Shown in pieces: positions 23,501 to 36,055 of a DNA stretch of 64,000 nt. Origin of the DNA: Mytilus trossulus (Eukaryota); NCBI RefSeq assembly GCF_036588685.1, contig NC_086378.1, positions 85,994,001 to 86,058,000 of the forward strand. Direction: 5' to 3'. A program made the position numbers and the translations under genes. Numbering within the stretch: the stretch's first letter is position 1; each line of letters starts with the position of its first letter. A model generated the notes under the pieces. That model had not been told where the DNA came from, ran no database searches, and saw only the letters and a program-made list of their open reading frames with translations.

Positions 23501-26500
23501 TCAAAATTAACAATTTGTGTTTGCCCCAGATGACTTTTAAAATGAATATATATATATATCATTGAAAAAGCTCCAAATTATCTCCCTTTGATGCAAAAAT
23601 GCTATTACTTGGCATTAAAATTAAAAATCTTTTTTTAACTCATCAGTGATCCATATTTTTTATTATCATTTTCAAATAAGCTGTATTGAAACTCAACTTT
23701 TGTAAAATTTGAGTGATTTCTGTAATTTAGTGTTTTTTTTATTTCCATATTACCTTTTTTTCTCCTTTTAGTTCAACAGAAAAAAAGTAACTTTACAAAA
23801 ATGTATGCTTCTTTCGAAGGCAGATTGTGAGCGTAAATAAATGGTGACCACATCTTTTTATTTTATTTTTCTATTGAGTAAATGATAAAGTTCATTCGTA
23901 GAAAAATATAACGAAATCCTATATTAAAATAAAATTTAACCTGAGAGCCACCTTAATTGCTTTTTTCTTAAATTTTGCCTTCATCCCTCTGTCTGATAAT
24001 TTTCCATCTCCAGCAACTCAACTGAGGTTTTTCTTCATCTGAGGAGACTGAAAACGCAATGACATCATCAACAAACATGGCCTTGGAAAATAAAAATATA
24101 TACTTGTTTCTCTGCTACATCTAATTTGAGGACCATCACCCTTGTTGAAATTGTACCCAAGAAACACCCTCTGGACTCATAGAAAATGAGTAAGCAGTCT
24201 TATATAATTGTTTACCTAATATACTCATATCTTTTATAAATGTTTATTTTAAATAAAAAAATGATTAAATTGATGACTTACTTTATATGAATTTAATACT
24301 TGTAAAGATTTACTGGCTTTTAGTTTTAGATCCATGAGTTCTGTATTTTTCTCATCAATTTTTTCTAAATACTGTTCGTTTTCAATCTTTAATTGTTGGA
24401 AGTCAACTTCATGTAATGCCTCTCCCATTTCTTCTTTCTAAAATGGAAATTTATAACAAATCCTGTAATACATGCATGTTATTTAAATCTGTATTCAATT
24501 TTACTTATAAAGCCAAGGCTCTGTGTTGAAGACTTTTGACATATTATTGTTTACATTTTACACATTGTATCTTGGACGGAGAATGGGTATGATGTTTCTT
24601 CAATTTAGGGACATTTTAAAAAATAAAAGTGATTTAAATTGACATTTAAGAGAGATGATATACAAATGCTTTTACTGTGTATCATATTTTACATTAACAT
24701 CTTCTAATAGAAATCCTTCAAAATTGTGTTAGAAATTATTACATCTTGATTGACAACCCTAATTGATATATCATTACTCTGAAATGAATAGACTGTTGCC
24801 ACAGACTCACAACAACACATGTACTGTACCTGTTTGAACTGAAGATCTAATTTCATTTTCTGTACTTTTAACTGTGAATTCTTTAGTCGTAATTTTTCCA
24901 CTAATGTGTCCTGCAATGAAATATCAAAACAATTCAGACTATTTACAATCAAACATTATTTTTTTTTAACATTCCTTACATAATTAGATACAATTCAGAA
25001 TAACCCTGGTGCCCATGAATAACACTGTGTGATCTCAGAATCTAAGTAAATTTCTTCTGTACCATTCATAAACACTTTATATTCCCATAATGCTTCACCA
25101 TATCTGAACTAATGGTCTGTTCAATTTTAGAATAGTACAAATCAAAAGTTGATAAAGTGCTGAAAATTGGAAATATTTTCCAAAACTTTGATATTTTAAA
25201 TGGTATTTTAATTTCACTAAAGAGCAAAGAATTTAACTAGAAGTTTAAACAAAACTATATACTTACACCATATACAATAGATGATATATAGTGATATCTA
25301 CCATAAATAACTAATGCAGAAAGTTAACTTGGTGTGTTCAACAAAACCAACAGTCGTCACTTACCCTGGAAAGAATTTTGTTTTCAAAATGTCTGGAAAC
25401 TTTTTCAGCTATAACTTTGCCTGTTCTCTGATTAACTGCTCCTTTCAAAATGTCTCTTTCAAATTCATAACTTTCTTTCTTGGTTTCACTCAGTGTTAAT
25501 TCACATTCTTCCATTATCGCCTGAAAATAATACAAATCATGTTTAATATAAACAATCATTCTAGTCTTCAATATTGGTGAATGTGTATAAAAGTATTCAT
25601 AAAAGTTTTATTTACCCCACTTATCCAGTGATTAAAAGAAAACTACCAAAATTTGTTCATAAGAAATGTTTCAACAAGTGAATTTGATATTGTTTGTTCG
25701 TTCAGGTAAGATAAAGAAAGAAAATAGTTTGACTTCAGTGAACATAACATATCTGAGGCTAGCTACCAACTTAAAATCTATGTACAACAGCAATTTTATG
25801 TACATGAAGTTTGCATCTTGATGAAGAATTTATTAACTTGCCTTTTTTATATACTACTGAAAGTGGAGAAAAGAATGTCAAGTTCATGAATAGCTATTGG
25901 GTACTGTGGATTCACAATTATTCTTTCGATACAAGTTTTTCGTTGATTTTGTACATGTGCTGGCACCAAAATAGATGTTCAGCTAATAACAAATTTTCTA
26001 TAGGTTTATATGCAGACTTCAGCAAAACAACAAAAATTTAAGTCTTCTTTAATCCATAAAAATGTGTACCCACTAATAAAATAAATGAATCCGCAGAAGT
26101 ATTTATTGAGACAGACAGATAAATTGACATAAATAAACTGTATCTATTTACTGTGGGTTTGATTAACTTTTTTAAGAGTGAGATCCCTTTACGTTATGTA
26201 CCCTTACAAAAAGATAAGACTCAGCTACTCTACTCAAAACACCTACTCTAAAATTGTCAATAACTCTTTCACAGTTGTCTCTGTATTTTTCTATATCTTC
26301 CTTTAGATCATCTAATTCCTTCTGGGCTATATCACATTTTTGCTCTGTTGTTAATCGAAGTGATTTGTCCAGATTAGCTCCCCTTGACTTGGATCGTTTT
26401 CTGTTCATTCCTCTTGATAGATCTTGATTAGATGATGACACTGTTAACCCAGCTCCGATCCCACCCAGTGGTCCTCCTGAATCTTTTGGTTCACTCTTCT

Positions 26501-29500
26501 TAAGATACTTTTCAAACATTTGTGTCTCATTTTGTAACACTTGGTTTTCAATCCTGAAAATATTAAATATGTGGGGTTGTGCATTAATCGGTAATATGTA
26601 TCAGCATTGACAACAACATGTATTGTTATTTGTTAAATTAAAACTGGCCAAAAACTTTTTTTCAATTTTTTTCATAATTTTTCCTTAATCCTGCATTGTG
26701 ATTCATACCACTAGCCCTGTAGCCCCAGACTGGTGGAATTCGCCTTTTCAGAATCTAAAGGACTATGGGTGATCTCTTTGTTTGTACACCAAAATGAAAA
26801 TAATGCTACGTCATTGGCTCATTTTTATTGTTTAGAACGTTTTCAACCAATCACAACGTTTTGGTGTACTCTTTTGAAAATATTACCCAGAATGCATTAG
26901 ATTCTGAAATGGTGAATTCGTTCAAACAACCGAGGTAGAAATAAACAAACTTAAACCACAGAGTGAATGTAATGTTACACAAATGTGGCTGACAGAAAAA
27001 CTAACTACATTTACAGGCGCGTAGCTCCCTATACGCCAACACGCAGTTGCGTGCACATCGATTTGGCATGCAAAATAAAATTGCAAAATAAACATTTATA
27101 AATATTTATAAATTAAATGTTTAAAGGAAACACATATGTTGTCACTTTTTTAATTGATGAAATGTCATTAAATAACGACATTTGGTTTCAAAATAGAAGT
27201 TTTATTGAATATCATGACAAAATCGGACAGTAACTTGTATCTTTTCATGCTTTTACAAGATTTGAATTTGTTATACTCAGTCTAAGACATGTAATTTCGG
27301 AGCACATTTTACAGAGTACGGTTTATCTGTTTGGAATGAGATGTACCAATCGGCATTACATTTTTCAGAACCATTCGATATCGTTAAAAATATAACACGG
27401 CGATGTGTTCGACAGACTACAGAGCCAATCACCCTGCAAACACGCCAAAACAGTATTGGAAAGTCTCATTATAATTTGCGTTTATAGACCATATGATAAT
27501 GGAACTGGAGAGTGTAGTCGCGTCTGGTATTATCAGAAAATCGCTTCTTTGTGCCGTATCTGCTGCTTCGTGTTGTAGGAAATATAACAAACTAACAAAT
27601 TTCAACATTTTCTGAGACATACGAAACTGACCTGGTATGTAATTTGACGAATTCAATTGGGAGGTCGCTCGATGGCGAATACGTACGTTGCAGGTTTATA
27701 ACATCTCGTAAGTGCTACAATGGAAATCTATCAGTGTACTACGTCTGTTGTACGATTAACAATGCACAGCTACTGGTTATCATTTCTAGCATTACTGCAT
27801 ATTCATCGGTGTTGCAGTGTTAATATTGACAAGGTAATAGAGAAGTTCGTTTTTGCCTAGACCCGAAGAGCAGATTTTGGACAATTTTTAGTAAATTCTG
27901 TATAAGAAAAATGTGTAGTTCATGTTTTCAATTAACCATGACTTACTCTATTCAGAAGCTTTATTAATAGTTTTACATTCATAAATTGTTTATAAGTCCT
28001 ATCTACATGTAGCTCCTCTTTCAACTGCCCTATAACCGAAAACCAAAAAAACAACATTTTTCTGCGTAAAAGGGCCCCAAAATTTTTTCGCCTCGCTCCG
28101 CTCGCCGTGGGTTGCTTGCACATTGTTTCTTTCTAGCTACGCCCCTGATTTATAAGTTAAATACAGAAAGACAGGATTACAAAAAAAAAAATACTTCTGG
28201 ATACTCCAATGTGAATGCATCTTATGATCAAAACAAGGTTCTGACCAGGTTTGGTAGAAATTAAGGAAAGTTAATAAATTTTCAAAAACTTTAACCACAG
28301 AGTGAACATTTTAATAGATGCCACTAATGATAACACACAGATAAGTGATTGTAAGATCACTATGTCTCCCTTTTCTACATTTTCATCGTTGAAATGCAGA
28401 GGATCACTATAAGACCCATCATGCAAGTTCTTTAGTCATTCAATATGATGCGCATTAAAAACATATATATGTGTGAAATTAAAATTAAATGTTTGTTGCG
28501 TGACTACGAGCTGTTAAATAAGATGCAAGGCTGTTCTTGTATGCCTTTGCATCTTCTATATATATTTTACAGTCATATTGGTAAGGTATATATTCCAATC
28601 TTTGATGGTGCGTGGAAAAAAGCTGTATAAATTTGTGACAAAAATTGCAAGCTCAACAAAAATTACACACTTAAATATATAAGTACAAGGGAGAAACTAC
28701 ATTAGTGTTTACAGTGCAGTCCGGTGTATCTGTGCACCGAAGACTTATGACTTCACTTAATCAACTGATAAATTACAATATTTGGATAATATTGTGTAAA
28801 CACATTCATAACATACTTTTATTTCAAAAAATCTTCTGTTTGTATGGTTTCATCCTCTAGATTTTGTGTAATGTGTGTCCAAAATTAGGGAAACTCTTTT
28901 CTGAGAGTTCCTTCAATGTCCGGTTATCCCGCGCATTCCTTCCAAAAATAGCTTATTTTATAATGGAAAGATTTTGTACTACAAAATATAGCTGAGTTTG
29001 AACCAAGCACACTGACAAGGATGCAGAGTAAAAATTAATTCAATCTGATGATGTAATTTTTTTTAATTGAATTGGCAAAATGTGGTCATGATGGTTAATC
29101 TCGGGAATGCTGTTATCAATACATCTTATCGCTATTTGTCCGCCATTACTGGACACAGGGTCCGGTAAAATTTTGACGTCACAATACAAAATATCTGATG
29201 CTTCAATGGAAAAGTGATTGTTGTATGGGTCAAAAATTCAATTAGCCGGGTCAGCTGGGATTAGCGATAAGGTGTATTAACTTTTATTCTTAAACTTATC
29301 AATTTTATTCTTTTATCTCTTTGGAAGGCTTAAACAATAAACAAGAGCGATTTGATTTGTGTTACTGTATTGATATGACAAGAACAGCTAATGCACGATA
29401 TCACTGGCTGCACGGACACCGGGGACCCTTGTCCTATAATATATGACTTCGCATTCTTATTCAATTTTTAACGTTTTTATATACTGATAATGATATTTTC

Positions 29501-30010
29501 ATCTATTTTTTCTGAATGCGAATTGCACATTGATAGTAAAAAAAAATATCAGAACAGTAAAAGTCAGTTAATAGAAATAGTAATTAATGCCCCCGAGGTC
29601 ATATGTTATAGGACTACGGGGACCCCACTGTATAATTTTTACAAGAGAGATGTCCTGCGATTAAATAGAGATACTCTGTGATCACAACAAAGATTGAAGA
29701 TACCCATTGAAAATGGAAATTTTGAGGTGGCATTTTAACATCGGAAATACACATGTATGCACGAATCCGAAGTCTACTATATTTAGATGTCACATAACGT
29801 TTCTAAAGAGTAAAGGATCATTCATTTATTGAAGATTATTCGCTGGGTGTGTATATATGGGTCGGATCCATATGGATAGCCAATTTTGTGTGTTAAATAT
29901 TACATTTTCTGTTGTATCAGTTTGTCCAGCTGTTCATCATTTAGATCCATCAGGGGATCGTCCCCAGCTTCGTTACTTGTGTCCAAACTCATACTTTCCG
30001 AGTCCGCCAT
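20573..30010 (-). CDS. CCDC113: Coiled-coil domain-containing protein 113 (CFAP263), 8 coding exons, 389 aa
   Basis: Exons (minus): 30010-29904, 26553-26247, 25520-25365, 24910-24830, 24437-24282, 23085-22978, 21335-21180, 20671-20573. All are GT-AG with consistent phase. Peptides ETQMFEKY, RSKSR..LTTEQK, EKLRLKN.LKVQ, EALHEVDFQQLKIEN and WERKVEIAEMALKTHKK match remembered human CCDC113. Confidence 0.92.
20907..21152 (-). mobile_element. DINE/Helentron-like short repeat (second family) in CCDC113 intron 7
   Basis: AAACAAGAATGTGT..GATGCCCC..AAGTTGATTGGACTTCA..AAAAACTT..GACGGA; homologous to 57640-57908 and 32461-32580. Confidence 0.7.
21602..22473. mobile_element. hAT-type non-autonomous element
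   Basis: TIR CAGGGTTTCC..GGAAACCCTG; exact 8-bp TSD CACGGAGT (21594-21601, 22474-22481); subterminal GGCGAAA repeats. It splits a Helentron-like copy. Confidence 0.88.
23382..23952. mobile_element. Kolobok-like MITE (TTAA target)
   Basis: TTAA|GGAGGCTC ... GAGCCACC|TTAA. Confidence 0.7.
25904..26096. mobile_element. Tc1/mariner-type MITE, decayed; same family as 51522-51729
   Basis: TACTGTGGATTCA ... TGAATCCGCAG; body colinear with the copy at 51522. Confidence 0.7.
26736..26919. mobile_element. Small MITE
   Basis: GAATTCGCCTTTTCAGAATCTAA..TGGGT versus ACCCAG..TTAGATTCTGAAATGGTGAATTC: imperfect ~35-bp inverted ends. Confidence 0.65.
27014..28147. mobile_element. Non-autonomous DNA transposon with 5-bp TSD
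   Basis: TIR CAGGCGCGTAGCT..AGCTACGCCCCTG; ATTTA duplicated on both sides; removing it restores a Helentron-like repeat (..CTACATTTATAAG..). Confidence 0.8.
29119..29279. mobile_element. Small MITE
   Basis: AATACATCTTATCGCTA ... TAGCGATAAGGTGTATT inverted ends. Confidence 0.7.
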
Positions 30011-30622
30011 ATTGCTTGTTTTCGTTGCTAATGGTTGACATCCGGGCACTATTGTCAATTTTTTAAGGTGGTTCTAAAATCAATATTTCAAAATCCGTAG
30101 TTGGATTTTTTTAAATGCGTTTCATATATAAAACCTTTCTAAACAGTTGGATCAGGATACCCTTTTTTGTTTGTTAATTTGTTGCGTGTTCTCAAAGAGA
30201 AAGTTTTTGATTCAATTAACTAGATATTTTTTCTCTAAAAACTTCACAATTTTTAATTATATAAATAATTATAAGAAATCATTCAACATTCTTTCAGGGC
30301 CGAAGTTTTTATTATAACATTCTCAGATTTTTTCATTAACTTTGCTGTAAAAAAGGTATTTTAGTTTTGCTCTTTTTTCATGAAGACTATGCATGTTTTG
30401 TATCTTCCTCCTTTATTAAGAGCACCACCATGGGTTATGGCGTAAATGAGGACATTTAAACACACTGTATCGGTATGCGACCATTTGATATGGTACCCAG
30501 TTTTTCAGCCCTGGCTGTGACGGGTCTTAATTACTGCCAGAAAGTTAACCTCCCCCAAATCATTCAATAAGTACAATAGATCATGATAGGAAAATGTGGC
30601 GTGAGTGCACATTAAACATACG

Positions 30623-30779
30623 CAAGGACGGATCCAGCAGTTTTCAAGGGGGATTGAGGGGTCCCAAACCAGAAAAAAAGGAAGAGTGGTTCCAACCATA
30701 TGTCCACATTCAAATACATTGATCTTCAAAAAAGCGGGGTTACACTCCCCCCCCCCCCCCCCTTCTGGATCCGCAACTG
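30623..30779. mobile_element. MITE with 5-bp TSD
   Basis: CAAGGACGGATCCAG ... CTGGATCCGCAACTG; ATACG duplicated at 30618-30622 and 30780-30784. Confidence 0.75.
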
Positions 30780-31009
30780 ATACGAACCTGATTGGCTAGT
30801 CCAATAAAAAAAGAGACATATAATCATTTGTTATGTAGTAGTCTGTATATGTCTCTGGTTCTGCTAAGTTGTGCATGATTAAAACTTAAAACGTAATGGT
30901 TATATATTGTTTACAGCTTTATATGTATAAAATAAGAGATATGAATCGCAATTATGCATAGAGTGCCTGCATGAGTGTTTAGATAACAGAATCTCAGTGC
31001 CATACGGGA

Positions 31010-31500
31010 AGGTTCGGCCACAGTTGTTTTGGCCATTCAACCAGTTTAGGCAAACTTTGTTAGTCGTTTCGGCCATGCCAACAACCAGTTCGGGCAAACT
31101 TTGTACTAGAGTCGTTTCGGTCATACTACCAGTTCGGCCAAACTTTGTGTTGTCGTTTTGGTCATAAGTGTCGTGCATTTTTGCCACGCATTGATCTTAA
31201 AGTCGTGAATAGTAGTCTTGAATTGCCCGGCCAGTGACTAAGTATTTAGAACAGAACCCCCAAAGACGTTTCGGTCGCGGATATTTCGGCAATACTAACA
31301 TTTCGGACAAACTTTGTTAGTCGTTTCGGCCATAGTTGTTTCGGCCAAACTTTGTTAGTCGTTTCGGCCATAGTTGTTTCGGCCAAACTTTGTTAGTCGT
31401 TTTTGACCAATCTTTGTAAGTCGTTTCGGTTATAGTTATTTCGGCCAAACTTTGTTAGTCGTATCGGCCATATATTTTGTTAAGTCGTTGTGGCAAAATT
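31010..31500. repeat. Minisatellite (~37-38 bp; GGCCAAACTTTGTTAGTCGTTTCGGCCATAGTTGTTTC), probably internal to a TE
   Basis: Two blocks (31010-31190 and 31300-31500) of CAAACTTTGTTAGTCGTTTCGG repeats. Confidence 0.8.
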
Positions 31501-31786
31501 GGCAGTTCTGCAGCTTTAAATAACGTAAAATAAATAGAATATGTGGTATGATTGCCAATGAAACAAATTGATATAGAAATTATCAACTTTATAAATCACC
31601 TAAATGCTTTCAATAATGAGAAAAGGCTATACCGCATGGTCAGCTATAAATCCACACCTTGAATTCCAAACTGTATAATTACTTACAAAATGACTTGTAT
31701 ATATCATCGTAACAGTTCATTTGTGTCTTGCTTCATGCAGCTGTACCTACAGTTATATGTTTACTGTATTCAAAGTTTATTATATA

Positions 31787-33504
31787 CTAGAACACACCCG
31801 CGAAATCGCGGGTATATACAGCTTGTAGATTGTTGTAGGATATTTTTTTTTTGTAAAAGATAGTATGTATGGGAAATTTCATTAAAGGTATCAACAGCCT
31901 TCTCCCTTGTTCAAAAGTCCGATATTTGTTTCCTATCTGTTAAATTCAAATATTTTCGTGTGTCTGGCCACAGACCAAAATTATTATCCTCCTTTGCTAC
32001 AATGCTGCTTTTGGTAAAAGTCAAATAAAATTAACAATTTGCACCGTTTCAAACATGAAATAAATCTAACTGCTTATATATAGACCATTATTAGTCTAAT
32101 AAAATATGCTTCTAGGACAATCCGTGTTTTTTTTTCATTTGAGAGCCTCACTAAGATGTCAATGGTAGGATATGCATCATGTATAAATGACTAAGGCTAA
32201 TTTGAGGGGTGGTCGGAGGGGTCCTGGTCCCGAAATCCCGCGCTTAAAACCATGAAATCCAGAGATGCAGAATTAAAAGAAATGCATATCCCGAAATCAC
32301 GAAATCGAAAAATATATTCCCGGATCCAGTAAGGATCAATCCCCAAATCCCGAGCTTAAAAACACACGATCCCGACGCCCCGAAAAATGCTCGCCTACTT
32401 TTAATCTCTACATTACTTTCATTTTTGCCAAATCACTATTTTCCCTTTCAACAATACATTTTTTATGCCCCATTTATGGGCATAATGTTTTCAGGCTAGT
32501 CTGTCCGTCCGTCCGTCCGTCCATGTCTGTCCCGCTTCAGGTTAAAGTTTTTGGTCGAGGTAGTTTTAGATGAAGTTAAGCATGTTTTACTTATTTTAAC
32601 ATATATGCAAGTGGTATGACCCCTTAAGTAGTAAACATTTCAAAGAAAACAGTAGAAAGAATCAGGGCCGACATTCTATACTAACATAAAAAGTCCCTGA
32701 CAGAATACAGATAGTCTCTATATATTGAAGTAGTATAATCGTAGTTTACATGTAGATAAACGCGAAAAATAATTATCTTCTCTAAGGAGGTATAATAGTT
32801 GTGGTTCTTGCGATCTAAACACCGTGATATGAAACGCGAAAAGTAATTGTCCTCTCTAAGGAGGTATAATAGTTGTGATTATTGCGATCTAAACACCATG
32901 ATATGGAGAACGCTTTGAATGGCTTATTTTTTTCTCTCCATTTTTTTTTATCCATCATACGATTGGTTGTACTTGTGTCAAATATTTTAATTATTTTAAT
33001 AGATATATATATACAACTGGTATGACCCCTTAAAAAGTAAACATTTCAAAGAAAACAGTAGACAGAATACAGAGAGTCTCCATATATTAAAGTATCATAA
33101 TCGTAGTTTACATATAGATAAACACGAAAAATAATTATTGTCCTCTATAAGGAGGTAATAATAGATGTGGTTCATGCGATCTAAGCCCCATGCTATGGTG
33201 AACGCTCTGATTGGCTTATTTATTTTTCATAATTTAGTTATCTATCATACGATTGGTTGTATTTGTGCATCTTTCAAACCGGAAATCTAATCTATGATTT
33301 AAAGTTAGTCCGATGATGGATTCATATCCGGACTCCTTTTTTGTCGTTTTTCTCCCAAAATAACTCAATCTGAATAATCATAAAAATGGATGACAAATGC
33401 GACTATGCATGTTACCTGTAGGACACAGAGGCATGATGATTGATTTATTGTGGAAGGAAGAGAAGCGACACCCAAAATGAGGTCTTCTCGTTTAATAGTA
33501 TAGA
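31787..33504 (-). mobile_element. Non-autonomous Helitron
   Basis: Minus strand starts A|TCTATACTATTAAACGAGAAG and ends with hairpin ACCCGCGATTTCGCGGGT + GTGTTCTAG|T. These are canonical TC...CTAG termini at an AT site with no TSD. Confidence 0.85.
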
Positions 33505-34392
33505 TCTAAATTAATGAGTCGTATTCAACCTGAACGCACCAGATAAAAATATATACCACTTTAGCGCATGTTGTCGCTAAAATGAGATGCAAATCCCAAT
33601 GGCAAATAATTGCAGAAAATAATATTGAGTCAGTTAATGCAAACTTTAAGGCTGTCAAACCCTTAAACTATTATTTGCATTATCTATAACATCAAGGGAG
33701 GCAAATACAATTGTTCCTAGAATAAAAAAAAATAGAAAGTACGTTATAAACAAGATATATTATATATACAATGTTACAGGCATTTTCTAAATTTAGGCAT
33801 TTTGTAAAATGACTGAATTTTTAGGCATTTTCTAAAATGCCTAAAGTTGACAGGCATTTTGTAAAATGCCTAAAAAAACCTAGTCATTTTGTAAAATGCC
33901 TGAAATTTTTAATAAAAATTTTACAAATTGCCTGATCTGTTTCAGGCAAATTGTGTAAATATGAAATACATGAAATAGAACATAAAAAAATAGTGTAAAG
34001 GTACAAAAAGGGTCGAGTAAAATAAATTTAAGATTATTCTTTAAAAAAATTAACAAGAAAATCTGTAGGTTTCTAAGACATGTAGGAGCCTGAATTGCTC
34101 ATCTTGCAAAATATTGAAAATAAAAGTATAATACACTTAAGGGACATTTTAACAATTGGTTAAGTAAAAAATAAAAAGGACATAATCACATATGAAGATT
34201 GAGTTGACGACTTCTGTTACCATTAAGTTGCCTCATAGGTCAATAATTGAATATGCATGAAATATTTGCCACTTGAAAAGCATGCGCCATTCAATGTCTG
34301 ATACTATCACTTGTTATCTGTGTTCAAATGGAAGAGGTTATCAAAAATGAAAGAAGGTATGCATCAGACTCAATGACAAAACAAGCTGTAAG

Positions 34393-35636
34393 GACGCAAC
34401 GTCAGATACTGCTACCATTTAGTGTAACATAAAAATGACGTTAAATTGGAAACGCGCTTTATCTAATTCTTCCTGCTTTCCTTTTTGGGTAAATGCAAAT
34501 TATAAAACACAGGTATAAATGCCGTGAGAATCAAATCCAATATGATTTTATAATTAACATAGGATATTCAATTTTACTGTTAGTAATTATGTGTTTTTGG
34601 AGGAATATTGCTGCATTATATATTCAACCCGAGTATGATTTTATACAAGCAGTGACTTACAATAGCTTATACTAATGATACTGAAGTTTTCTTACTTTTT
34701 GACAGTCTTATAGATATGTATTTTTGTAATGTGTGTATCATTTCGTTTTGTTGAAAGCAAGACATTTATATCTAGTGGAGGAAGGAACACGCAGTCGGCA
34801 TGCCGTTCCTAGCATATTACGCTTGTAGCGACGTCAAATTATGATAATGGACAAACTTGCAAGACATTTTCATTAATCCGTATTTTTTTATAGATAACCC
34901 TGTAATATTAATGTTATTTGGTGTACCAACTTCAACTTTAAAAGTACTTTTTATTGGTATAGTTATCAAGGCCTAAAAAATAATCTTCACAAAATCAAAT
35001 CTTCGTTTTTTTTTCCGTAAAAGTTTTGTGAAGGCATGAAAGTTGAACTCGGACATTTCCGCAAGACCTTGCAAATCTATTGTTTTGAATTTATGATGTA
35101 GCTCCATTTATTTTTCAATTCGAATTTCGGGAGCAAACACTTAGTACAAAACGATCGTGCATACAATTCAATGAATTATCTTGCTAAAATTTTATTTTTG
35201 AACTGAAATGTTTTCAGTTTCCGAATTTAATTTCCGATGGGACATTTCCGTACATTATATTCTTTTGAAAATATGTATGCAAATTTGAAATGGAGACAGC
35301 CATGTTAACAAATACTGAAATATATCACGTCATAGAATGTTCATGCAAAATTTCGAAGAGTTGCGTGCACTTTTCGCGAATTGTTCGAGTTTTATGTTTC
35401 GAGTTTGTTACATGGGACAACGCTAAGTTAACGTTTTTTCGGATAATCTGTGTCTTCCTAAGCCTAGGGATATTAAATTTTTATTCTTTTTCTATCACAA
35501 TGTGAAAATTTTAGAATCAATCTTTATTTTCATGTATAATTTGAAATATTTATTTCAGCATTTCTATTAAAAATATCCCGTCAAATATTTACTTTACGCT
35601 ATTTTTCGCAGTGGTAGCAATATCTAACGTTGCGTC
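34393..35636. mobile_element. Nested non-autonomous DNA transposon, 4-bp TSD
   Basis: TAAG|GACGCAACGTCAGATACTGCTACCA ... TGGTAGCAATATCTAACGTTGCGTC|TAAG. Confidence 0.8.
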
Positions 35637-35640
35637 TAAG

Positions 35641-36055
35641 GTTAGAAATCTATCAGATAAAGTTTTGACAGAGGTGGATGTTGGAGTGAATGTATTAGTT
35701 GCAATTCCCCATGTGGATTGAGAGAAAGGAGACCCGTGTAACCTTATGGCTGTTGTTACTGGTAAGGAAGAGCATGGTTATAGACTGGAAATTAAAGATG
35801 GAATACTACGTGGACTTTACACCAGGAATCAGTTTGGACTGTCTTTCAGTAACTTTATTGCTATTCAATTTGTAAATTATGATAATGAAATATCCTTTTG
35901 AAAAGCTGTTAGTAAAGTTCCTTTGTGTGATGGTCAGGGTTACACAAAATGTGACTGTAGTGCTGTGGTAAGACTAGATGTAATACTAAACGCTGTCCTT
36001 GCAAAAAGTCAGAAAAACTGTATAACAGTTGCTGTCATCCAATCATTACATGAAG
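35641..36055 (+). pseudogene. C-terminal remnant of KRBA2-like/Ginger2 transposase
   Basis: Manual translation VDVGVNVLVAIPHVD*EKGDPCNLMAVV..YRLEIKDGILRGLYTRNQF..EISF*KAVS..GQGYTKCDC, frameshift, then RCNTKRCPCKKSEKLYNSCCH. It has two stops and one frameshift and is absent from the ORF track. Confidence 0.75.
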
